Below are positions 1 to 7,214 of a stretch of DNA of 10,921 nucleotides, in pieces. Both the position numbers and the translations under genes were made by a program. Under the pieces are notes generated by a model that was given only the letters and a program-made list of their open reading frames with translations, had not been told where the DNA came from and made no database searches. Source of the stretch: Longimicrobiales bacterium (GTDB lineage: Bacteria > Gemmatimonadota > Gemmatimonadetes > Longimicrobiales > Gaopeijiaceae); contig CBDANQ010000046.1 in NCBI GenBank assembly GCA_965197725.1, positions 1 to 10,921 of the forward strand, written 5' to 3'. Positions within the stretch are counted from its first letter, which is position 1. The number at the start of each line of letters is the position of its first letter.

Positions 1-2
1 AC

Positions 3-377
3 CCGGAGGACACGCGCCAGCGGGTCGCCGGGGCGCTCTTGGCGGATCCCGCGATCGATGGCATTCTCACGCTCGGCACGACCGGCGCGGAGCCTGCGCT
101 CGTGGCGCTTCGCGAGCTCGGTCGTGTCGACGACGTGCGCTTCGGGACGTTCGACCTCTCGACGCAGGTGCTCGAGGCGATCCGAGACGGTGAGATCGAC
201 TTCGCGATCGACCAGCAGCAGTATCTTCAGGGCTACCTGCCTGTCGTCCTGCTCACGCTGTACCTCGAGACCGGCACCGTGCCGGGCGGAGGGCGTGCGA
301 TTCCGACGGGACCGGGCTTCGTGACGATCGAGACCGCCCGGCAGGTCATCGACCTCACGAGCCGCGGCCTGCGGTGA
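3..377 (+). CDS. Sugar-type ABC transporter periplasmic substrate-binding protein, C-terminal part (5' end outside the window)
   Basis: The frame is open from position 3 (PEDTRQRVAGALLADPAIDGILTLG...). It contains GTFDLS, AIRDGEIDFAIDQQQYLQGY and TGPGFVT, typical of the C-terminus of periplasmic binding protein type I sugar-binding proteins. The stop overlaps the permease start (GTGA, 374-377). Confidence 0.9.
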   Translation, partial: PEDTRQRVAGALLADPAIDGILTLGTTGAEPALVALRELGRVDDVRFGTFDLSTQVLEAIRDGEIDFAIDQQQYLQGYLPVVLLTLYLETGTVPGGGRAIPTGPGFVTIETARQVIDLTSRGLR

Positions 378-1366
378 GTCGGCGCGCATCAGGCATCTTC
401 ACCCGCCCCGAAGTCGCAGCCGCAGTGGGCGCCGTCCTCATCTGGGTCCTCTTTGCTGGCGCGGCCGGCCCGGCGTTCCGGAGCATGGCGGGCACGGCAT
501 CGTACCTGAACGCTGCGGCGCCGCTCGGAATCCTGGCGGTGGGCGTTGCACTCCTGATGATCGGCGGCGAGTTCGACCTCTCGGTGGGCTCGATCGTGGG
601 TGTCTCCGGCATGTCCGTGATGCTGCTCACGACCGAGTTGGGCTGGTCGGTCTGGCCCGCGATCGCGGCGACGGTTCTGCTCTGTCTGCTGATCGGCTTC
701 CTGAACGGCTTCACGGTCGTAAGAACCCAGCTACCATCGTTCATCGTGACGCTCGCGACGCTCTTCATCGTACGAGGCCTGACGATCGCCGCGGCTCGTG
801 GCTTTACGCGCCGCACGCAGCTCGGAGGCCTCGACGACGTCGCCGGGTACGAGCTCGCGAGGATCACCTTCGCGAGTGATCCGGTCGCGGGACTGCGGGT
901 CTCGATCGTGTGGTGGCTCGGTGGCGCCGCGCTCGCCACGTGGGTCCTGCTGCGCACGCCATGGGGGAACTGGATCTTCGCTGTGGGTGGCCAAAAAGAA
1001 GCGGCCCGCAACGTCGGTGTGCGTGTTGCGCGCGTGAAGATCGGGCTCTTCATGACCACCGCGCTGTGCGCCTGTCTGGTCGGCGTCATCCAGGCGGTGC
1101 GCTTCACGGGGGCGGACGCACTACGAGGGCAACTCCAGGAGTTCTACGCGATCATCGCGGTGGTGATCGGTGGAACGTTGCTCACCGGCGGGTACGGATC
1201 GGTCGTCGGCGCGGTATTCGGCGCGCTCATCTTTGGGATGGTCCGCCAGGGTATCGTCATGACCGGCGTCGACGCCGACTGGTTCCAGGTCTTCCTCGGC
1301 GGGATGCTCCTGCTCGCGGTCTTCGTCAACCGATATGTGCTCGTGCGCGCGCAGCGGGCCTCCTGA
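374..1366 (+). CDS. Sugar-type ABC transporter permease (RbsC/BPD_transp_2 family)
   Basis: 330 aa, highly hydrophobic. Motifs [42 protein letters not shown] (EAA-like loop) and [20 protein letters not shown] start overlaps the upstream stop. Confidence 0.95.
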   Translation: MSRRASGIFTRPEVAAAVGAVLIWVLFAGAAGPAFRSMAGTASYLNAAAPLGILAVGVALLMIGGEFDLSVGSIVGVSGMSVMLLTTELGWSVWPAIAATVLLCLLIGFLNGFTVVRTQLPSFIVTLATLFIVRGLTIAAARGFTRRTQLGGLDDVAGYELARITFASDPVAGLRVSIVWWLGGAALATWVLLRTPWGNWIFAVGGQKEAARNVGVRVARVKIGLFMTTALCACLVGVIQAVRFTGADALRGQLQEFYAIIAVVIGGTLLTGGYGSVVGAVFGALIFGMVRQGIVMTGVDADWFQVFLGGMLLLAVFVNRYVLVRAQRAS

Positions 1367-2124
1367 TGGAACCCGCTGCGCTGCCGCGCCTCGAGGCGCG
1401 GGACGTTTCGATGCGCTTCGGCGGGGTCGTGGCGCTCGACGACGTGTCCGTGGCCGCGCGGGCCGGCGAGGTGACGTGCCTGCTCGGTGACAACGGCGCA
1501 GGCAAGTCGACGCTCATCAGAATTCTGGCCGGGGTGCACCCACCGACCCAGGGCGCATGTCTACTGGACGGGGAGCCGGTTCGCTTCCGCTCCCCCATAG
1601 AGGCGCTGAGCCGCGGGATCGCGACGGTCCATCAGGACCTCGCGATGGTGCCACTGATGAGCGTCTGGCGGAATTTTTTTCTGGGCTCCGAGCCGACGAA
1701 TGGCCGGGGACCGTTCCGCCGAATCGACGTCGACCGCTGCAGAGAGGAAACGCGGGCGGAGCTCGCGGCGATGGGGATCGATCTGTGGGATCCGGATCAG
1801 GTGGTCGGAAGCCTTTCAGGCGGGGAACGGCAGGCCGTGGCGATCGCCAGGGCGCTCCACTTCGGAGCCCGCGTCCTGATCCTGGACGAGCCCACCGCGG
1901 CGCTCGGCGTACGGCAATCCGAGCGTGTTCTGCAGCACGTGCGCACGGCGGCCGACCGAGGTGTCGCCGTGATCTTCGTCACACATACCCCGCACCATGC
2001 CCACCCCGTTGGGGACCACTTCGTCGTGCTGCGCAGGGGACGGGTCGTCGCGGACCAGCCGCGGGAGGCGCTGCCCGTCGAGGAGTTGGCGGCATTGATG
2101 GCAGGCGAGTCGCCCCGGGACTGA
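1366..2124 (+). CDS. Sugar-type ABC transporter ATP-binding protein (single nucleotide-binding domain, 252 aa)
   Basis: The likely start is ATG 1366 in a TGATG overlap with the permease stop ([13 protein letters not shown]...). Walker [10 protein letters not shown]-loop VHQD, signature LSGGERQ, Walker [11 protein letters not shown]-loop FVTH. Confidence 0.95.
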   Translation: MEPAALPRLEARDVSMRFGGVVALDDVSVAARAGEVTCLLGDNGAGKSTLIRILAGVHPPTQGACLLDGEPVRFRSPIEALSRGIATVHQDLAMVPLMSVWRNFFLGSEPTNGRGPFRRIDVDRCREETRAELAAMGIDLWDPDQVVGSLSGGERQAVAIARALHFGARVLILDEPTAALGVRQSERVLQHVRTAADRGVAVIFVTHTPHHAHPVGDHFVVLRRGRVVADQPREALPVEELAALMAGESPRD

Positions 2125-2129
2125 GGGCT

Positions 2130-2966
2130 CTAGCGCGCCATCTCCTCCGCCAGAAACAGATCCGCCACCTGGAGCCCTAGAGGCCCCGGCCGGATCCGAC
2201 CCATGTTGCAAAACACCCACGCCGCGAAACGCTGCTCTGGGAAACGGACGTAGTCGGCCCGGAACCCCATGTACGAACCGCCGTGGCCGATCGTCCTGAG
2301 TCCGCCGCGTTCACCCGCCCGGAGGCCGAAAGCGTAATTCAAGACTTCACCACTGTTCAGCATCCCGTTGGTGTGCATCACTTCCATGAAGTCGGGTCCG
2401 CCCAGTTGATTGTCTAGGAAATTACGTTCCCACTGGAGCATGTCTTCGGCGGTCGTGTAGAGGCCGCCGGGTCCGGGTATCGCGAAATTTCCCTGGTAGC
2501 TCTGGTAGTATTTTCCCTCGACGCCCTGATCTCCGTCCTGCCTCGGCTGGTAACTCAGGGCACGGCGCGGGATGATGTGCACCGGATCGTCATGAAAGTG
2601 TGTATCCGTCATGCCCAGCGGTCCGAAAATCTTCTCGGCAGCATACTCGCGTAATGATTTTCCGCTGGCCCGTTCGACGATCATCGCTAGTGAGAAGTAT
2701 CCTCCGTTCGAGTACGAATACCGGTCTCCAGGCGGAAAATCGAGTTCCTGCTGAGCGAGCAGCTCGAGCGCCTGCTCCGGGGTGAACCGGTCCCACGTGG
2801 AGTGCCCGTTCTGCTGCATCACACGCCATATGCCGGGTAGGCCACTCATGTGGTGCACCGCCTGGCGTACGGTAATGGCCGGGTCGCGGACCGGCATCTC
2901 CGGCAGGTATTGCCGAATGTCATCGTCGAGATCGAGTTTTCCCTCATCGGCCAAGAGAGCGATGGC
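2130..2966 (-). pseudogene. Beta-lactamase-family (class C/AmpC-like) serine hydrolase, N-terminally truncated, lacking the SxxK catalytic motif
   Basis: Homology begins at AIALLADEGKLDLDDDIRQYLPE, directly after an in-frame TAG (2969-2967). It retains ITVRQAVHHMSGLP, FPPGDRYSYSNGGY (YxN), GPGGLYTT and GHGGSYMGF. SxxK normally lies a few residues upstream of the AIALL helix and is absent in all three frames of the 83 nt before the divergent ATG at 3050. Confidence 0.8.
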
Positions 2967-3014
2967 CTATCCCGCGAGACCCCGGTGGCGCTAGGGGTTC
3001 CTCGCTCCCCCCCT

Positions 3015-3042
3015 TTGCCTCACACACCGGATACACCATTCT
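3015..3042 (+). promoter_or_regulatory. Candidate sigma70-type promoter for the decarboxylase (possibly a leaderless transcript)
   Basis: TTGCCT (3015-3020), 16 nt, CATTCT (3037-3042), 7 nt, ATG (3050). No Shine-Dalgarno-like sequence before the ATG. Confidence 0.4.
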
Positions 3043-3049
3043 GAGCCGC

Positions 3050-4498
3050 ATGGAAGCCCAAGCCTATCCGTTGGAGCCTTCGACGGACCAAATGCGGGTG
3101 ATGGTCGACAAGGCAACGGAGCGGGTGATCGATCACATCGCTTCGTTAGCGGGTCAGCCGGCCTCTTACGACGCACACATGGCCGAAGCGCATGCCATGG
3201 CGGGCGCACTGGCCGAGTCACTCCCGGAGCGTGGCACAGACCTCGATGGGCTGTTGGACCTCCTGTTCCGGGAGGCGGTCCCACTCTCATTCAATACGGC
3301 TGCGCCGGGTTATCTGGCGTACATCCCCGGGGGTGGCGTCTTCCCGTCCGCGGTCGCCGACTTCATCGCGAACGCCGTGAATCGATACGTCGGAGTGTGG
3401 ATTGCCGCGCCGGGACTCGCGCAGCTCGAGCTGAATGTCATTCGATGGTTCTGCGAGATCATCGGCTATCCACCCAGCTCTGGTGGAATCCTCACCAGCG
3501 GGGGGTCCTTGGCGAACTTCACCGCGGTGGTCACCGCGCGCAGGGAGCGCCTTCCCGATGACTTCCTGGCCGGGACGATCTACACGTCGGACCAAACCCA
3601 TCACTCCGTTCGGAAAGCGGCGGTCCTGGCGGGCTTTCCGGAGGAGAATGTTCATGAGATCGCCACGGACGGGGACTATGAGATACGCCTCGACGACTTG
3701 CGGCGGCGAGTCGCCGAAGACCGGGAGGGTGGACTGCGACCCTTCATGCTCGTGACCAGCGCAGGCACCACGAACACTGGGGCCGTCGACGATCTGGGTG
3801 GCGCCGCCGACGTGGCGGAAGAAGAGGGACTGTGGCTTCATGTCGATGCTGCCTATGGTGGCTTCTTCATGCTTACGGAGCGAGGGCGGGAGTCCATGCG
3901 AGGCATCGAGCGGGCTGACTCGGTCGCGCTCGACCCGCACAAGGGGTTGTTTCTCCCGTACGGCAACGGATCTCTGCTTGTGCGTGACCCCGAGGCTCTG
4001 CGGCGGGCGCATACGACCTTCGCCGACTACATGCCGGAGATGCAGCAGGACACCGACCTGGTCGACTTCTGTCAGATATCGCCCGAGCTGTCCCGGGACT
4101 TCAGGGGACTGCGAGCCTGGCTTCCCATCAAACTTTTCGGAATCGATGCCTTTCGCTCGAGCCTCGATGAAAAGCTCGATCTCGCGCAGTGGGCTACCGA
4201 TCAGCTCAGAGAGGTACCGGACATGGAGATCCTCGCGGAGCCCCAGCTCTCCCTCACTGCCTTCCGTTGGGCTCCCGCAGGCTACTCCGAAGACGGACTG
4301 AACGACCTGAACCGCGAGCTGCTCACGTGCGTCAACGCTCGGCAGAACGTCTACATCACGGGCACGACGCTTCGGGGCCGATACGCCCTTCGGATCTGCG
4401 TGTTGTCATTCCGGACGCACCGCGACCGCATGGAACAGTGTATTGTCGACATTCGGGAGTGCATGAGCAGCGCGATCAGAACACGGCGATCGGGTTGA
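3050..4498 (+). CDS. Group II PLP-dependent amino acid decarboxylase (aromatic-L-amino-acid/glutamate decarboxylase family)
   Basis: 482 aa. YLAYIPGGG, GILTSGGSLAN, YTSDQTHHSVRKAA, SAGTTNTGAVDDL, WLHVDAAYGG, DSVALDPHKGLF (PLP-binding Lys), ELSRDFRGLRAW, ALRICVLSFRT. The substrate cannot be determined from sequence. Confidence 0.93.
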   Translation: MEAQAYPLEPSTDQMRVMVDKATERVIDHIASLAGQPASYDAHMAEAHAMAGALAESLPERGTDLDGLLDLLFREAVPLSFNTAAPGYLAYIPGGGVFPSAVADFIANAVNRYVGVWIAAPGLAQLELNVIRWFCEIIGYPPSSGGILTSGGSLANFTAVVTARRERLPDDFLAGTIYTSDQTHHSVRKAAVLAGFPEENVHEIATDGDYEIRLDDLRRRVAEDREGGLRPFMLVTSAGTTNTGAVDDLGGAADVAEEEGLWLHVDAAYGGFFMLTERGRESMRGIERADSVALDPHKGLFLPYGNGSLLVRDPEALRRAHTTFADYMPEMQQDTDLVDFCQISPELSRDFRGLRAWLPIKLFGIDAFRSSLDEKLDLAQWATDQLREVPDMEILAEPQLSLTAFRWAPAGYSEDGLNDLNRELLTCVNARQNVYITGTTLRGRYALRICVLSFRTHRDRMEQCIVDIRECMSSAIRTRRSG

Positions 4499-5469
4499 GC
4501 GGGGAACCAGTACCACCGGTAACCGGAATCGGTCCCGCCGTCAGCATGAACTCCCAGCGGTTTAGGCGGGCCGCCGTCTCGGCGAGCGCCTCGAGGTCCA
4601 TGTTGTCGAAGATGTTCGAGCCCAGGCCTGCAATCAGAAGAGTATGGACCGGCTGCGTGATACCCTCGACCATAGACGGCATCACATCCGTCGCCGCGTC
4701 GCTCCCCACGAACGCGACGTCGCGTTCCTTGATCCAGGGGAGGACAGACGCGTGTAAGCCGGCGCTGTTCCCCGACACCCGCCAGGGTCCGAGCGCGTCG
4801 CGTCGCGCCCAACGGCCCGTGTACACGAAGATGACGTCTCCGGCCGAGACGGTGACGCCGGCTTGCCGCTCCCAGGCCTCGATATCCTCGATGTAGATCG
4901 GGGTCATGGGCTCGAGGTAGGGCACGCCCTTCAGGCGCGGGAAGTCGAGCAGGAATACCGCGCGTAACGATGCCATTCTTGAGGTTTTGGATACCGCTCT
5001 TGCCGCACCCCTCAGACGTGTTCGCGGACACGGGAACGTCATTGTAGAGGCGGCCGTTGTGGGCGAAATGGCAAAGGGCGTCGATGTGGCTGACTCCGTA
5101 GCCGTGATAGGTGAAGCGATAGGTGTCGGTCCGGAGACTCCGGCCCACGATGTGTTCGAACGCGGTGGCTGGGTTGTCGGGGGCCTCTTCGGTAATCGGA
5201 TTGTGCGCCAGGGATACGGTGATCCCACTTCGGACGAGAGCGGCTGCCTGACGGGTCTTGGCCGGGGTAACCAGGTTCAGCGTCCCGCGCTCGTCGTCGG
5301 AGCCCCAGCGCCCCCAATTCGATAGGTCGCGGAACATCGCGTCGAACTCCTCCAGGTTGCGGGGAGCCCGCGCCGCGTCTTGTGCATCGAGTGTCACCGT
5401 GGCCGCGCCCAAGCAAAGCGTCACCACGGCTGCTAATACCACGTTCGACGTCATCGACCTCACGTTCAT
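4476..5469 (-). CDS. Cyclase-family (kynurenine formamidase-like) metallohydrolase with Sec signal peptide, interrupted by one extra base at ~4953-4955
   Basis: N-half (ORF 4351..5469): signal peptide ...VVLAAVVTLCLGAATVTLDA|Q, SNWGRWGSDDERGTLN, YHGYGVSHIDALCHF, GIVTRGI. C-half (ORF 4476..5228 frame): LLDFPRLKG, GDVIFVYTG, VGSD, IFDNMDLEAL, GGTGSPLNPIAVF. The junction reads GGT ATT C CTG CTC GAC, and removing one base gives 330 aa. GGGGGG lies just upstream of the ATG. Confidence 0.88.
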
Positions 5470-5540
5470 CGTTCCCCCCGGTTGTCAGCCGCGCCGGCCC
5501 CCGAGACCAGGATTTACAGGTGGCCGGGCACGCCACGCTG

Positions 5541-5570
5541 ATAATAGGAAGGCCCACGGTCGGGTGGCAA
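5541..5570 (-). promoter_or_regulatory. Candidate sigma70 promoter for the exported cyclase-family gene
   Basis: Minus strand TTGCCA (5570-5565), 18 nt, TATTAT (5546-5541), about 70 nt upstream of ATG 5469. Each hexamer matches consensus at 5/6. Confidence 0.55.
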
Positions 5571-5592
5571 ACGGGTGCCGCAATAAAGTGGC

Positions 5593-5796
5593 TTATCTGG
5601 TCTTGTCAGCCTCGGCCACCATGCGGCTCACGGTCCCGTGCATCTTGGCCTTGGTGTGTGCCACGAACTCCGGTTCCGCCTCTGCCACAATCTGTTTGTT
5701 GAGTAGTTGCGTTAGAGTGAGGAAATATGCGATTTCCCTGCGAAGGAACCTGTAACGGCGCGTGCCTCGCCTGAACGGGTTGGCCGCGAACCAAAC
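5593..5796 (-). pseudogene. C-terminal remnant (67 aa) of a small hypothetical protein with no usable 5' start
   Basis: Manual translation, not in the ORF track: VWFAANPFRRGTRRYRFLRREIAYFLTLTQLLNKQIVAEAEPEFVAHTKAKMHGTVSRMVAEADKTR, then TAA (5595-5593). It has a protein-like amphipathic helical pattern. An in-frame TGA lies upstream at 5820-5818 with no start codon between it and this segment. Confidence 0.5.
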
Positions 5797-5798
5797 GC

Positions 5799-6273
5799 GC
5801 GCCCGCGGACGCGCAGTTCAAAATCGGGCGCCCAAGGTGCCGTCATCACCGGCGTCGACAGCCTGAGTACGGTTGTGCCGGGTGCGGCTGACTTGAACGA
5901 CATGTTCGGCTTAGGCGCCCGTGTGGCCTTGCAGCCGCCGCTCTCGCCGATCGGTGTGGTGGGTCAGGGCGTCTACTACTTCCCCGACGCTGACGACTAC
6001 AGCTACAGCACCTATTCCCTCGCGGCACAGTTGCGGATGCCGACACCGTTGATCAGCCCTTATGCGCTCGGCGGGTGGCAGTGGCGCCGGACGAGCTCCG
6101 GGGGAACGAGCAGCACCGAGAACGGAGCCATGTTTGGCGTGGGCGTCCAGCTGAACTTCGTCGTTTCCCTCTTCCTCGAGGCGAACTTCGAGTTCCACGA
6201 AGAAGTGGCCGGGACGACGGACTTCGACAAGAACCCGATCGTCATCAAGGGCGGGATCATTTTCGGCTCCTAA
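5799..6273 (+). pseudogene. 8-stranded outer-membrane beta-barrel protein (OmpA/PagP-like barrel), lacking its start codon and signal-peptide core, with one extra base at ~5826
   Basis: Eight alternating-pattern strands: QFKIGAQGAVIT, MFGLGARVALQ, IGVVGQGVYYF, YSYSTYSLAAQLR, ISPYALGGWQWRR, ENGAMFGVGVQLN, SLFLEANFEF, PIVIKGGIIF(GS). APADA|QFKIG (5799-5828) is one frame off from AQGAVITGVD (5830 onward) at ATC GGG C GCC. Confidence 0.72.
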
Positions 6274-6304
6274 AGTACACTGCACGAAGCGGTCTGGATG
6301 ATGT

Positions 6305-6340
6305 GGGGGGCTGTTTCGGACGGCCCCCCCGTTCCTTTTT
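6305..6340 (+). terminator. Probable rho-independent terminator downstream of the beta-barrel gene
   Basis: GGGGGGCTGTT-TCG-GACGGCCCCCC stem-loop (two G:U pairs) followed by GTTCCTTTTT, 31 nt after the TAA at 6273. Confidence 0.65.
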
Positions 6341-6387
6341 GGTCTGCCCCCGGGAAGTCTGGTGTTCCGTTGCCAAAGGAGGGAGTC

Positions 6388-7212
6388 ATGCGTGGAGTGC
6401 TCGTCTCGGTAGGGAGTTTGATCGTGCTCGCCGGTTGCCAGGCCCCCCCCGGCCGGCCTGATTATTCGGCGGTATTCGACGGATCGGGAGGACGCTGGAT
6501 CGACCTCAGTTATGCCTTCTCTGAAGAGACCATCTATTGGCCGACCGAAGACGGATTCCGGCTCGATGAGCTCGCGTACGGTGAGACCGAGGCGGGTTAT
6601 TTCTACAGTTCGTACAGAATCTCGACGGCGGAGCACGGCGGCACCCATCTCGACGCGCCGATTCACTTCTCTCGCGGTGGCATGTCTGCTGAGCAGATTC
6701 CGCTCGATCGACTGATCGCGCCGGCCGTGGTCGTGGACATATCGGCACGCGCCACCCCCGACTACCGGATCGACGTAGCGGATCTGGAGGGGTGGGAGCG
6801 AGCCCACGGTCCCATTCCCGACGGTGCGATTCTGCTCGTGCGGACGGGGTGGGGCGCGCGATGGCCCGACCGGCTCAGTTACTTGGGAACGGAGCGCACG
6901 GGGCCGGAGGCCGTCGCGGAGCTCCACTTTCCCGGCATTCATCCGGATGCAGCCCGCTGGATTACCGATCAACGAAGCGTCGCTGCGGTGGGTATCGACA
7001 CCGCCAGCATCGACTATGGCCAGTCTTCCGGGTTCGAGGCCCACGTGATCATCTATGGCGCCAACATTCCTGGGTTCGAAAACGTGGCCAACCTGGATGA
7101 GCTTCCTGAGGCGGGTGCTTTCGTGGTCGCGTTGCCCATGAAGGTCGCCGGCGGGAGTGGTGGTCCGCTTCGGATCGTGGCATTCGTTCCCTTGACATCC
7201 GAGGAACCCTGA
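6388..7212 (+). CDS. Cyclase-family (kynurenine formamidase/isatin hydrolase-like) metallohydrolase, predicted lipoprotein, 274 aa
   Basis: Strong RBS AAGGAGGGAG before ATG 6388. MRGVLVSVGSLIVLAG|C lipobox, WIDLSY, canonical metal motif EHGGTHLDAPIHF, ILLVRTGW, HFPG, VGIDTASID, GFENVANL, ALPMKVAGGSGGPLRIVA. Confidence 0.92.
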   Translation: MRGVLVSVGSLIVLAGCQAPPGRPDYSAVFDGSGGRWIDLSYAFSEETIYWPTEDGFRLDELAYGETEAGYFYSSYRISTAEHGGTHLDAPIHFSRGGMSAEQIPLDRLIAPAVVVDISARATPDYRIDVADLEGWERAHGPIPDGAILLVRTGWGARWPDRLSYLGTERTGPEAVAELHFPGIHPDAARWITDQRSVAAVGIDTASIDYGQSSGFEAHVIIYGANIPGFENVANLDELPEAGAFVVALPMKVAGGSGGPLRIVAFVPLTSEEP

Positions 7213-7214
7213 TC

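Noticed and set aside
355..1107. 250-aa antisense ORF over the permease, and similar ORFs at 1557..2180, 3287..4012 and 4189..4896
   Set aside because: These are shadow ORFs expected in GC-rich DNA. They have no motifs and overlap well-supported genes.
910..1365. 152-aa N-terminal extension of the ABC ATPase in the ORF track (910..2124)
   Set aside because: It overlaps the permease out of frame and is Arg-rich and non-protein-like. The TGATG-coupled ATG at 1366 gives a normal single NBD.
2976..3003. Hairpin ACCCC/GGGGT near the truncation junction as a terminator or IS end
   Set aside because: The stem is short, with no U-tract, no partner inverted repeat and no target-site duplication.
5470..5592. 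Riboswitch or ncRNA upstream of the exported cyclase
   Set aside because: I recognised no aptamer consensus, and the space is explained by a promoter plus a short leader. An Rfam/Infernal scan would settle it.
6298..6387. Upstream start of the lipoprotein cyclase at 6298
   Set aside because: It runs through the terminator hairpin. ATG 6388 has a strong RBS and places the lipobox correctly.
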